A stretch of DNA of 64,000 nt from Mobula hypostoma (taxonomy: Eukaryota): assembly GCF_963921235.1 (NCBI RefSeq), contig NC_086097.1, positions 141,236,001 through 141,300,000 of the forward strand, read 5' to 3'. How positions within the stretch are numbered: position 1 is the stretch's first letter; the number at the start of each line of letters is the position of its first letter. The notes under the pieces were generated by a model, which was not told where the DNA came from, did not search any database, and was given only the letters and a program-made list of their open reading frames with translations. A program made the position numbers and the translations under genes. Below, one piece after another: positions 23,442-36,882 of this stretch.

Positions 23442-25775
23442 AAGAGGTCACACGAATTATTTCCGACTCAGAGATTTCGCAGATTATGCCATAAGTGCCT
23501 TCACCTTTCTTCGGGTAAAGAACTCTATACAGTTCCACGAAAGTTACCCGATCAGCCTCATCGATAGTCTATTCATTTACACGCGTCGGTCGAGAATAGG
23601 GAGTTGGAAGATTATTTCCAAAGGGTACGAGAGCCCTAACTTAGACACTCTCCCTCCTCTCATCTTGGTGGATGGGTCACTGGACTATTCCTCCTGGCGT
23701 CTCGCCCAGCGTGGGACAGGGTCCAGTACCAAGTTGACTGGGAGAGATAGGGTCCAGAGAATCTTTCTTGAGTTCCAATTCGTGACGTACTGGACAAGTC
23801 ACTCATCCAGGACCTCCAGCGGACACAGGACTCTAGTGCCCCCGGAGCTGTGCCTCGTGGCGTGGTGAGGGTGGTGATCTATAAAAACCATGGACTCTGC
23901 TGTGGAAAGGGCAGCTGAAAGCGGTCATCAGCAATCAGCTCGTGAGAATGCACATTGCAGTCAATTAGGGTTGCATTGTAGTTTTATTTGACTCCCTTCA
24001 GTCTTGTTGAGTCTTGACTGAAGCACAACTACGGCGACACCCCGCTGCTTACCTTAGCCCACTTTCCAGGATAGAAGACTCCAATTTAGATTGACGCCTT
24101 AAAGGAGTGGTACTAACTTACTATTAAGTTACTGCTTCTAAAGCTGAGTGTCAGCGTTAGATCTTTAGTTTGAATTTTAGTTTTTAGTCCTATTGGCTTT
24201 GCATTTCTTATTTTCCTTTTATTTTGTACAGTGATTATAAAATTTCAGTTTACCCAGGGGTCAGTGTTGGGACCTCTGTCATTAATTATTATGTAAATGA
24301 TTTGGATGTGAATGCATACAGCACGATGTTCACTAAACCTTCAAATGTGGTATCATCCGCAAATTTGCTGATCCAGTTTAACATATTGTCATTTAAATCA
24401 TTAATATAAGTGACCAACAACAATGGATCAAGCACCGATTCCTGCAGCACAGCACTAGTCACAGGCCTCCAAGCAGAGAGTCAAACACTAACCACCATTC
24501 TCTGGCTTCTACCGCTAAGCCAACATTGAATCTAACTGACTACCTCATCCTGAATGCCAGGCGACTTAATTTTCTTGACGATTCTGCCATGTCGTAATTT
24601 ATCAAAGGCTTTTCTAAAGACCATTGTGTTCCCTTCAACAAACTTCTTGGTAACCTCTTTAAAAAAATCTCTATAAATTAGTTAGACATGACTTACCATG
24701 CAATAAGCCATATTGCTTATCTCTTTTCAGGCCCTGTCTATCCAAACACTGGTACATGTACCCCTACCCATGAGCAAACCTTCCAATAATTTACCCACGA
24801 CTAATGTCAGGTTCACCAGGCTCTAATTTCCTGTTTATTCTTAGTACCGTTTTGAAATGTTAGCGACCCTCCAGTCCTCGACTGCCTCACTCATGGGTAA
24901 GGATGTTTTAAATATTACTGCCAGGGCCCCTTTAATTTCTGCACTAGCCTCCCACAAGTTTGGAGGGGACACCTCGTCAGGACTTTGGGACTTATTCACC
25001 CTAAATTCCTCTCAAGACAGCAAGCACTTCGTCTTCTGTAATCAGAACATGGTCCATGATCTCTAGTGTTTTGCCAGATTCTATGGTATCTGTGTCTGTC
25101 TCATTTCATACTTTTCATACATTTCATACTTTTCCGCATCTATTTTAGCTTCATGCATATATGACCAACTTGATCTTCAAGGGGACCAATATTGTCCATC
25201 TCTATCTTCTTGCTCCCAGTATCTATAGATCCCTTGGATTCTGGTTTAACTTGTCTTCTAGAGCAACCACTTATCCTTTTGCAGCTTTCCTGATCTTCCG
25301 CCTGTGTTCTCTTGTATGTCTTATATTCCTCAGGTGCCCCATTTAACACTAGCTGCCAATACTGATATGTGCTTCCTTTTTGTTTATCTGGTCCTCAATA
25401 TCCTATGATAAATAAGGTTCCCTCAACCTGCCAACTTTGCTTTTTATCCTCATAGAAATACATATATTGTGTACTCTCAATACACAATGCTGTTGAAGAC
25501 CAACCACCTGCCAGTGTCTCTTTGTTAGAAAACAACTTATCCCAAGCCACACCTGGCAGATTGCTTCTGATGCCATCAAAGTTGCTCTTCCTCCAGTTTA
25601 GAATCTAAACTTGAAAAACAAACCTATCCAATCTCCATAATTATTTTGAAGTCGATGGAATTATGATCACTATACCCAAAGTGTTTCACTATATTCATTT
25701 CTGTCACCTGCCCTGTCTCATTTCCGACGAAAAAATCCAATCTTGTGCTCTCTTTAGTTGGGAATTCTACATATT

Positions 25776-26634
25776 TTTTTATATAATTTTTATTGAATTT
25801 TCAAAAAGAATACATGAAAAGATAAAATCTACCCACCCCCCCTCCCCTTAACCCTCCCCCCCCCCGCCCATATATATAGTCCTACCTAAAAGAAAGAAAG
25901 AGAAAAAAAATGAAGAGCCACCTGGGTATTGGAAGGTTTCCACATGCTCCATGGGATTCAAAATAAATTTGGTAAAATTATTCGTTATTTTCCCCAAGTA
26001 ACCGAATTCTTTGTCGGAGCACTTAAATATGACATCCTATCTTTTGTAAATAAGGGCGCCAAATATTCAAGAATGTTGGATAATTATCTCTTAAATTATA
26101 AGTAACTTTTCTCAAGTGGAATAGAACTAGCCATTTCATTATTCCAACGATCCATACTTAAATACGAATCAGATTTCCAAGTAACTGCTATAGTCTTCTT
26201 AGCTAATGCCAACGCAATTTTTATAAATTCTTTCTGATATTTATTCAATTTAAGTTTCGGTTTTATCCCTTCAATATCACCTAATAGAAATAATACAGGG
26301 TTATGTGGAAGTTGAATTCCAGTAATTTGTTCCAATAAGACTCTTAAATTTATCCAAAAGGGTTGAATTTTATAACAAGACCAAGTAGAATGTAAAAAAG
26401 TACCAATTTCTTGATTACACCGAAAACATTTATCAGATAGATTTGAATTTAATCTATTTATTTTTTGTGGTGTAATATATAATTGGTGTAAAAAATTATA
26501 TTGTACTAATCTAAGTCGATCATTTATTGTATTTGTCATACTGTCCAGACAAAGTCTTGACCAATTTATTTCATCAATATTAATATTCAGATCTGTTTCC
26601 CATTTTTGCTTTGACTTATGCTTTGACTTCATAA
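25776..26634 (-). mobile_element. 5-prime-truncated L1-clade LINE, 15-bp TSD GGAATTCTACATATT
   Basis: TSD at 25761-25775 and 26635-26649; T-rich tail; C-terminal ORF2 zinc-knuckle CFRC...GTFLHSTWSC. Confidence 0.85.
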
Positions 26635-29600
26635 GGAATTCTACATATTGATAATGAAGCTGTCCTGAACACATTTGACAAACTCCAGTTCTTTTACAAT
26701 GTGGGAGTCCCAATCAATATGAAGAAAGTTAAAATCACCCACTATCTCAACCTAAACACTACAGATTCTGAAGATGCTGGAAATCCGGAGTAACACATAA
26801 AAAATCCTGGTGGAACTCATGAGGTCAGGTTTTCCTATAAAAAGGAAGAAAGCATAAAAGCTTCAGGCCAAGACCCATCATCGGCACCCTCAATGAATCC
26901 TGATGAAGGGTCTCAGCCAAAAACATTGACTGTTTATTCCTTCTGCAGTTGCTGCCTTCACTGCTGAGTTACTCTTGCATCTCTTATGTGTTATTGTAAC
27001 AACCTTATATTTCTTGCAACCGTCTGCAGTCTCCCTAAAAATATGTTTGCCGAAATCCTGCTGACTATTAGAAACTCTATAAAGTCCCGTTAACATGATC
27101 ATCCATTTTATATTCCACAGATTCATGAAAATTGCCTTGGCAGATGAGCCTTCTGTATATCATCTGAGCATTGCTATGAAATTATATTACTTATGTAAGA
27201 GTAATCCTTCTCCCTTTAATACCTCCTTCTCTGACATGTCTAAATCAGCGGAATGCCAGAACATTGGGCTGTCAGTCTTCACCCTCCTGTAACCATGTCT
27301 GAATAATGGTTTCAACATTGTAAGTCCACACATGGATCCATGCTCTATGTGCATCAGCTTTACCTACAGCCGTTCTTGTCTTGCAATAGATGAAACTCAG
27401 AACATTTATCCACCCTGCTCAATCTTGCAGTTTGCATCTCTGCTTAAAAACAAGAAATGCCAAATATGTTGGAAAGCCAAATCAACATCCACAAAATATG
27501 TGCTTGTAGTCATTACATCTATTTTTTTTTCAACAACCACTTCACTGCTGGTCCTTCCACTCTGGATACCATCCCTCTTAAGTATTAGTTTGAACACTTC
27601 CGAGCAGGATTAGCAAACTTTCCTGTAAAGATATTGGTTGCTCTCCAATTTGGGTGAAAACTGTCCTATTTACAGAGATCCCACCTCCCCTGGAATGGGG
27701 TTCAGTGATCCAAAAACTCTGAATCCCTCTCCGATGCACCATCTGCTTAGTCACATGTCAAACTGCACAGTGCTCCTTATTTTTTACCTAACTACAATGC
27801 ATTGCTTTGTGCGATCTCCATCTTTGAGGTCCTGTCTTTTAACTTGGTAGCTTATTCCCCGAACTCATTTTGCAAGTCCTCGTCACTTTTCCTGCTTATA
27901 TCATTGGTATCATTATGTACCATGACTTATCGCATCTCACCCTCCCCCTTAAGATGGCTATGGACTCAATTCAAGATATCTCTGATCCTCTATCCCTGGG
28001 AGGCAATATACCATCCAAGAGTCTTGTTCTTGTCTCAGGTCCTCCTGACTGTTTCACTAACTAGTGCTAACCAATGACCTCCATCACGACTACTGGCCTC
28101 TTCTTTCTCCTCCCCCCCCCCCCCACCTTCCTTTCAAAACCAAAGAGATATACTGACTACCGAAACCACTGACCACTGTGGTAGGTCATCCTCCTAAAAT
28201 TATATATGATGATACACTTGTTGAGGGGAATGGCCACAGGGATGTTCTGCACTGTCTGCCAATACCCCTTCCCTCTCCTGATGATTACCCAACTACCTAT
28301 TTCCAGCAACACTATCTCTCTGTAACTCCTATGAACTCCTCAATTTTCTGAATGATCTGAAGGTCATCTAGCACCAGCTCCAATTCCCTAATACGGTTTG
28401 TAAATGTGGGTGCACTTATCACAGGTACAGACATCTCCCTAACTTCCACGTCATGCAAGAGAAGCACACCACCGCTCTAGCTTCTATTCCCACTGGTCTC
28501 TCTGTATAACCATAAAGAAAGAAGTTCGAAGAACTTAAACTTGTAGAAGTGTATAAAATCATGAGGGGTATAGAGGGGTCATAGCCTGTTCCCCAGGATT
28601 GGAGAGACAAAAACTAGAGGACACTGATACAAGATAATAGAGAAGGGATTTAAAAGAGAACTAAAAGATAATTTCTTTATGCAAAGGATAGTGAGCTGCA
28701 TGAGGAAGTGGTTGAGATGGTGCATTTGTAATATTTAAGATGTATTTGCATAGGTAAACGGAAGGAAAGGGCTTAAAGGACTATGACTCAAATGCAGCAT
28801 CTGGAACTACCAGGGATGATGCTGTGGTCAGCATGGACGATTGGGGCCAAAGGGCCTCTATCCAGGCTCTGTTACTCAATGATTCTATAAAATAAAAACA
28901 TAAAATGCTTAAAATACTCATATGGATAGATGGCATCTGTGTAAAGAGAAACAGAGATAAGGTAGGTCAAAGATAGCATAAAAGCAAAATAGAGGGCAGG
29001 AAGTCTGCAAAAGGACTTGGACAGATTAAGAGAATGGACAAAAAAGTGGCAGATGGAACACAGTATAGTGAAGGGTATGGCCATGCACTTTGGTAGAAGG
29101 AATAAAGGGACAGAATATTCTCTGAAGAGAGGGAGAAAGCAGAGACCGAATGTGCAAGAAGACTTGCGAGTTCTGGTGCAGGATTCCCTAAAGGTTAACT
29201 TGCTGTTTGAGTCAGTGGTGGAGAAGACGAATGCAATGACAGCAATCATTTCGGGCGGTCTAGAATATATTTAGAATAGAATCGGAATCAGGTTTAATAT
29301 CATTGACATATGTCGTAGAATTTGTTATTTTGCAGCTGCAGTACAGTGCAATAAATAATGATACCTATAAATTAAAGTAGAGAAAAAGAAAGGAAAGCAA
29401 AAAAAATAGTGAGGTAGTATATGTGGATTCATTGTCCGTTCAGAAATCTAATCAATAAAAAATTGTAATGTTGAGTCTTTCAGAGACCGGTAGAATATAT
29501 ATGGAGTATTGTGAGTAATTTTGGCTCCGTATCCGAGAAAGAATGTCTTGGTATTAGAGAGGGTCCAGAGAAGTTTTAAGAGAATGATTCCAGGAATGAA

Positions 29601-31454
29601 AGGGTTATCACATAAGGAACGTTTGATTGTTCCCGGCCTGTTCTCGCTGGAGCCTAGAAGACTAAGGAATATCTGTCTGAACCCTACTGAATATGCGGAC
29701 TGGGAAATCATTTCGCTGAACACTTACGCTCTGTCCGCCAGAGAAAGCAGAATCTCCCAGTGGATCCACATAATAGAACGTTCTTTCAGAACAGAGACGA
29801 GGAGGAATTTATCAGAATCTGTGAAATTCGTTGCCACAAACGGTCATGGAGACCAAGTGATTGGGTTTATTAAAGCCGAGGCTGAGAAATATTTGATTAG
29901 TCATGGTGTCAAAGGGTATTCGGAGAAGTCAACGAAATGGGGCTGAAAGGGGAAAAGGAAACAGATATCATTAAATGGCCGAGCTGACTCAATGGTTCGG
30001 ATGGCCTAATCCTGCTCCTGTGTCTTATCGTCTTACGGCTGGGAGAGCGATTGCAGTCGGAGCATGTACACAGGAAGTTTCTGAATCGATTAACCTACCT
30101 GTCCTAAAGGAGCTATCAGAAGGAGAAATTGTTAACGAATCAGTTGATTTAAGGAGAAGGTTTGCGGGAGGTTTACAAGTAGGACTTGGCGAGTTATGGC
30201 ACTGGGACGTTTACAGCGACAGGAAAGACGGTCCTGGGCATTCGATAAAGGACGTACACTGCCCAGGCACCGCGGTAGCGCACCGATTAGCGCGACGCTA
30301 TTACAGCTCCGGGTTGTAAATTGTTCCATGATTAGGATAGGGTTAATAGGTTTGTCGGGGGTGATTGTGCCTACTTCGTGCTGTATCGCTAAATAAACAA
30401 ATTAGATATCGTCCTTTCAAATTTCACAGCGCAAGCCAATGTAAAGTAATATTTAATGACAGGTTGCCCAGTTGGAATAATTAAAACCACGTTAACAGGG
30501 AAAGATGAACAAATTCACAGACATGGTACAGATGGCATTCGGTTCATCAAACATCCCACCCAACCGAACGTACACGGAATACTGTCGCGGCGACGGGGGC
30601 AGATGCGAGACAGGTCCAGGGTCGGCACTTTAAGACCGCGTGTGGGAAGGATATCGCTCTCCTTGCTCTGTCACAGACTCCGAAGACAAAAGATTAGAGA
30701 AAGTGAAGGCCAAGATGGAGAAACCGGGGGTGTCTGTGAGAATTATCTCCATGTACTCCTGACGTCTGAAGGAGCCGAGCAACACCTCAACCCACCTCCC
30801 CCCCGTCCGCCGCTCTGAAGCCACTTGCTCCAACTGAGGTTTTCGGCGGGAAATTTCAGGAATGTCAACAAAATATCCATAAAGGGAGCATAAATATTTT
30901 AAATATGTTGACGTATAACTGAAAAGACAACTGGCAGGTGACGTCTAATTTGGGGAATGTTTTTGGACGGAACGGTACCGGAGCGGTTAGTGTAACGCTA
31001 TTATAGCGCCAGCGACCCAGGTTAAATTCCATCATTGTCCTGAAAGGAATTTGAACGATCTTCCTGTGACCGTTGGGTTTCCTCCGGCTGCTCCGGTTTC
31101 CTCCCACGTTCAAAAGACGTAAGGATTAGTAGGTGCCCAAAGCAATACACAAAAAATAATGGAGGAACTCAGCAGGGCAAGCAGCATTTATGGAAAAGGG
31201 TAAATAGTCGACTTTTCGGACTGAACCCCTTTTTCAGGACTGGAAAGGAAGGGGAGAAGTCAGCGTTCGAATTCCTTCAGCAACTGCAAAATTTCTCCTG
31301 TTTGCGGGTTAGTAGGTTAATTGATCACATTGATGGAATTGGGTGGTCCCGAAAGGCCTGTTATCGTGACGGATATCATGTTAAGCGAGAGCAAGTTCAA
31401 ACCCCAACATAATCGTCCAATGAACTGCTGTGCGATTCTGTCAAAATCTCAATT

Positions 31455-31610
31455 TATACAGAGGAAAAAATAGTGTCGTTTTCAAATGGGGTTGGAAGGC
31501 GTGGTCTGTGACACGTTGAGAGAAAGTGGGACGTGAAGTCTGCTGTTATTTATAACTAGCCAGGCCACGTCTAAATCCGTGTCAAATACAGTCACAACTC
31601 GACAAACACC
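31455..31610 (+). promoter_or_regulatory. V4 proximal promoter (TATTTATAA 31547-31555)
   Basis: Paralog of the V promoter block. Confidence 0.6.
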
Positions 31611-32034
31611 ATGCGGCTGGGTTGCGTGGCTTTTGTGATACTTTTCCTCCGTTAGTTGATTGATTTTCATCCGTTTACTCTCTGTTTGCTTCAGACTTTT
31701 AAACACGTTATGACTTTGATTTCTGTTTCCACAGGCAGATGTCTTGGTGCTGAATTGATACAGTCTCCGATGTCCATCACCAGAAATGTGGGCAATCGTG
31801 CCGTTATGAGATGCGATCTGGGCACAGCGAACACGGACATAATCCACTGGTACCGGCAGCCAGATGGGCAACGCCCGGTCTGGATCCTCTATTACAGTAA
31901 TGGGGAGACCAGACGCGACGATGGAATTGATGACAGATTTACAGCGAGAAATGTTGTACAAAAGCAGTATATTCTAACTGTGAGCCGTCTCGAGAAAGAT
32001 GATTCCGGCACCTATTACTGTGCCTATTGGGACA
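31611..32034 (+). CDS. TRGV: TCR gamma V segment V4 (leader 31611-31650, intron 31651-31734, V exon 31735-32034)
   Basis: Open frame; RCDLG..IIHWYRQ..ILYY..DSGTYYCAYWD. Confidence 0.9.
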
Positions 32035-32073
32035 CACAGAGTTAAACTGCAACGGGCGCCGCTGACAATAATG
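32035..32073 (+). other. 23-RSS of V4 with degenerate nonamer (CACAGAG / 23 nt / ACAATAATG)
   Basis: Heptamer 32035-32041, spacer 32042-32064, nonamer 32065-32073. Confidence 0.85.
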
Positions 32074-35000
32074 CTTCCTCAGCGTAGAGGTCACACGAAT
32101 CATTTGCGACTCAGCGAATTCCCAGCTTATGCCATAAATGCCATCACCTTTCTTCGGATAAAGAAATCTATCCAATTCCACGAAAGTTACACGATCAGCC
32201 TCATCGACAGTCTACTCATTTACACCCGCCGCTCGAGAACAGTGAATTGGGAGAATATTTCCGCAGGGTACGAGAGCCCAAACTAGAGACGATAGATTTA
32301 AAGTGAGCGGAGAAAGATCTGTAAGAGACATGTGTGGTAGGTTCTTCAGGGAAAGGGCGGTGGGTACAGACAACAAGCTGCCAGAGGAAGAGTTGGAGGC
32401 AGGAACCATCGAGAAATTTAAAAGTCATTTGGGCATCTACGTGGATAAGAAAGGTTCAGAGAAATACGCGTTCAATGCAGATAAACGAGACTGGTTTATG
32501 TGCGAAACTTGCTCGGTAAGGACGAGTTTGGCAGAAGGGCCTGATTCTGTGCTGTACAGCTCAATGGCCCTTAGAATTGTTTCAAATCTCTGCACTGTCG
32601 CCAGTCATACTCCTTTATTCCGGGGAAAACAGTCTCAACATATCCGATCTCTATCACTAAAATCCTCCAATCCCAGAAACATACTTGTGAATCTTTTCTG
32701 CGTCTTATCTTTAATAATTCAGCAATAAATACTGAGGAGATGAGGTGAATATCCTTGACCGGGACCCCATATGTTGTGGGAACATTTCAGTGATGTGGCA
32801 ACTGAAGTTACACAATTTGGTTCAAGATCCTGACTGTGGAGGGGTAATACCTGTTGCTGAACCTGGTGGTGTAGTTCCGAGGCTCCTGTACCTACTTCCT
32901 GATGGGAGCAGTGAGAGGGGAGCATGATCTGCAATGTGGTGGAGGGGTGGGGTGGGTGGTGTTTCTGATGACGGATGTTGCTTTCCTTAAAACATCACTT
33001 CTTAAAACATTTCCTCACTGTGGATGTAAGTGATACTGGACTTTAGTCATTAAGGCAGGTTACCATGTTCTTCTCAGGCACCAGAATCAGTGAAATCTGA
33101 TTGAAGCAGATGGGTACATCAGCCAAAGGGACAGGTTGAAGATCAGTGAACAGTCCCGCCAGTTAATTAACACTGGTCTTCAATACTTGGCCAGCTATCA
33201 TGTCTGGCCTAAATGATTTTCGTCTTCCAGAAGGTTGCCCGTACATCACCCTCAGAGACTAAAATCACTCGATCGTCAGGCGCTGTGAGTGTTTGTGATG
33301 GTTCCTCCATGTTTTGACGGTCGAAGCAAGCACAGACGGCATTGCGTTCATCTGGAAGTGAGTCCTGTTGTCACCTTAGTCACTTGATTTTACTTCATAA
33401 GAAGTGATAGCATTCAAGCCCTGCCACAACTATTGACGATCCTTTGCTGATTCAGGTTTCGTCTGGCAAATAAGGAAGCTTTCCAGAGAGTGTACCAGGA
33501 CCTCTTGTAACTTTATTGGTCAACAGACTTGAATGCCTCTGAACTGGCCCTCAGCAAATTGCTGATTTCATGGTACATTCAAGGCTTCTGGCGGGAGAAG
33601 ACTCTGAATGAGTTTGTGGGGAGACACTCGTCTACAACAGTTTTTCTAATGGCCATGATGTAGGTGCCCATTGAACCTACATGGTGTAGGTGTATTTATT
33701 CAGATCCAAAGATGTGTCCTTGAAAATGGCTTAGACCACTCGAAGGAATTCCATATAGCAATAACCACTCATATGCCTCCCTCGACCACCTCGTTGTTGT
33801 CCTTATCTCTGGAAATTATATCCAGTTCCTTGATTTGCCTCCCTCATAGCTTGACCTATCCCTCATACGGATATTGGCTTTCAGAGAATAATGTGCAAAG
33901 GCACCCTGGGCCCTCTGAACATACACACCTTGCAAACTGCCATCATTTGAAAGAAAGCTACCATTAAATGGGATAGGGTGACAACATATTTTCTACTATT
34001 CATTCCCTTCAGCAACAAATATTCCTTTGGATACTGTTGTGGGGGGTGGGGAAAGAATGACCTATCAGTGCACAGCAGCAGCAGTCGGCCCAGTGGCAGT
34101 ATGGCCGGCTCTATGGCTCAGCAGGGAAGGGTACAATCAGGTAGAGTGATGGTGATAGCAGACTCAGTAATTAGGGATTGGACACGTGATTTGGTGGCCG
34201 TGACAAAGACGCGGAGTGGTGCGCTGCCTCCCAGGTGCTAGGATTAAGCCGGTCTCAGAGCAGCTGCAGAAGAGGTAGGGTAACCAGACAAAGGCCGAGG
34301 GGTATATTGACACCAATGACATGGGTAAAAACAGGGAAGAGATTTTGCACAGTAAGTATAGGGAGTGCTGGAAGAGGCCACAGAGCATGTGTAACCTCTG
34401 GATTACTCCCAGTTCCGTGTGCTAGTTAGGACACAAGTAGGACGAATGAGTGGCTGAGGATCTGGTGTAGCGGGCAGGGTTTCAGATTGTTGGATCATTG
34501 GGATCTCATCTAGGGAAGATATGCCTTGTACAAATAAAGATCGGTTAAACCTGAACCAAAGGGGGATCAATATCTTTGTAAATAGGTTTGCTAGAGCTGT
34601 TGGAGAAGGTTTAAACTAAGTTAGCAGGGAATTGGAAGCATGAGTGATGGGGCTGAGGATGAGGCAGTCGATTCAGCGTGTAGCGAGACTGTGAGGAAGG
34701 TTAGGCAGATGATACTAAGGCCGATGTTCTCTTCTGTCAGTTTGATGTCTCTGAGGTCAACGCCAATCTAGATCACATCTTTCATCGCACAAGCATAGCT
34801 GTTCCAGTGATTTGGGGAATAGAAACAGGTGAGGACTGTTGAACAGTCAGATCCAGGCCCAGACGGAGAAGTTCCTAACCAGCTGTTTGTGCCTGCATCT
34901 GTGTGTTCCTAAATCTTTGCCTGAGGTCACTCTTCCCATCTGGTTGGCCATCCAGGGATTCAACAGACCCCGGAATTCATAAGGAGATGATTGACATGGC

Positions 35001-36079
35001 AGTCTACGTCCCAAGATGTCCTCGACTTTGTCCCTGCCTGTCCCATTTGTGCCCAAAACAAGATGTCACATCAGCACCTAGTGAACTGGGAGAGAAAGGG
35101 CTAAGAGAATCTTTCTTGCGTTCCAATTAGTGACATCCTGGACAAGTCTCTCATCCAGGACCTCCAGCGGGCACAGGTCTCTAGTACCCCTGGAGCTGTG
35201 TCTCGTGATGGGGTGGGGTTGCGGGGTGGTGAGGGTGGTGATCTGTAAAAACCATGGACTCTGCCGTGGGGTGGGCAGCTGAAAGCGGTCATCAGCGATC
35301 ACACTAGTGAGAATGCACATTGCAGCCAATTAGGGTTGCATTGTAGTTTTATTTAATTCCCTTCAGTCTTGTCGAGTCTTAACTGAAGCACAACAACGGC
35401 GACACACCCCCGATTACCTTAGCCAACTTTCCAAGATAGAAGACTCCAATTTAGATTGACGCCTTAAAGGAGTGGTACTAACTTACTATTAAGTTACTGC
35501 TTCTGAAGCTCAGTGTCAGAGTTAGATTTTTAGTTTTAATTTTAGTTTGTAGCCGTATTGACTTCGCATTTATTATTTTCCTTTTATTTTGTACAGTTCT
35601 TATTAAATTTCAGTGTACGCAGGGGTTGGTGTTGGAACCTCTGTTATTAATTATTATGGAAATGATTTGAATGTGAATCTATAAAGCACAATGTTCCCTA
35701 TGCCCTCAATCTTGGTATCTTCTGCAAATTTGCTGATCCACTTTAACATATTGTCATTTAAGTCATTAATATAAATGACCAACAACAATGGATCAAGCAC
35801 CGATTCCTGCAGCACAGCACTAGTCACAGGCCTCCAAGCAGAGAGTCAAACACTAACCACCATTCTCTGGCTTTTTCCCCTAAGCCAACATTCAATCTAA
35901 TTGACTACTTCATCCTGAATAAGGTACCAGGCGACTTAATCTTCTTGACGATTCTGCCATGTAGTATTTTATCAAAGGCTTTTCTAAAGCCCACAGTGTT
36001 CCCTTCGACATACTTCTTGGTAACCTCCTTAAAAAAGTTCTCTATAAATTAGTTAGACATGACTTATAATGCATTAAGC

Positions 36080-36882
36080 CAGTGTTCCCCAACCACCGGG
36101 CCGCGGACCGCTTCCGGGCCGCAATGCATGACCTACCGGCCGTGAGGAAACGATGTGAGTCAGCTGCACCTTTCCTCATTCCCTGTTTTTCACTGTTGAA
36201 CTTGAACATAGGGTTGCCATCTGTCCCGTATTTGCCGGGACATCCCGTATATTGGGCTAAATTGCTTTGTCCCATACGGGCCCGCCCGTGTCCCGTATTT
36301 CCCCCGCTAAGGTAGAGTGTTCCTTTGAAACGTTCGTGCCGAAGTAGCGTGAAGCGAAGAAGCATGTACCATTAATTTATATGGGAAAAATTTTTCAGCG
36401 TTCCCAGACCCAAAAAATAACCTACCAAGTCATACCAAATAACAAAAAAACCTAAAATAACACTAACATACAGTAAAAGCATGAAAGATATGATAAATAC
36501 ATAGTCTATATAAAGTAGAAATAATGTATGTACAGTGTAGTCGGGAAGATGAAGCCAAAACCGACATGTGGGGGTAAAAAAATTGGCACATACGCGCATG
36601 CGCGTGACGCATATGCGCATGCGCACGGATGTGCTCGCGCAAGGCTTCATAGGCATGGTAGTCTTTCCCGGGGTAAATCCTAATGTCCCATATTTGACTT
36701 CAACTTTTGTCCCTTATTTGAGAGTGAGAAAGTTGGCAACCGTAACTGTAAAAGACATGTTGAGGTGAGTTTAAGCCTACTTGAACAACCCCCGCCCCCC
36801 CACCCCCCCACGTTCGGTCAGTCCGCAAGAATTTTGTCAACATTAAACCTGTCCACGCTGCAAAAAAGGTTGGGGACCACTG
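36080..36882. mobile_element. hAT (Charlie-like) MITE, 15-bp TIR CAGTGTTCCCCAACC, 8-bp TSD CATTAAGC; internal second TIR pair (36209-36744)
   Basis: TSD at 36072-36079 and 36883-36890; TIRs differ by one base; empty sites near 11230 and 56215. Confidence 0.88.

Larger units (their letters stand above)
21678..30097 (+). repeat. Segmental duplication unit carrying V3 pseudogene
   Basis: Same anchor and block order; large deletion joins the post-RSS flank to the gypsy chromodomain region at about 23646. Confidence 0.75.

Noticed and set aside
23431-23450. Germline RAG-mediated event as the cause of the V3/V5 and 59200 deletions
   Set aside because: No breakpoint abuts a heptamer. The right end is about 11 nt beyond the nonamer (or about 450 nt for the empty slot), and no signal or coding joint is visible.
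23239-23868. 209-aa ORF as a novel V-fusion protein
   Set aside because: Chance read-through across intron, frameshifted V remnant, post-RSS flank and gypsy debris.
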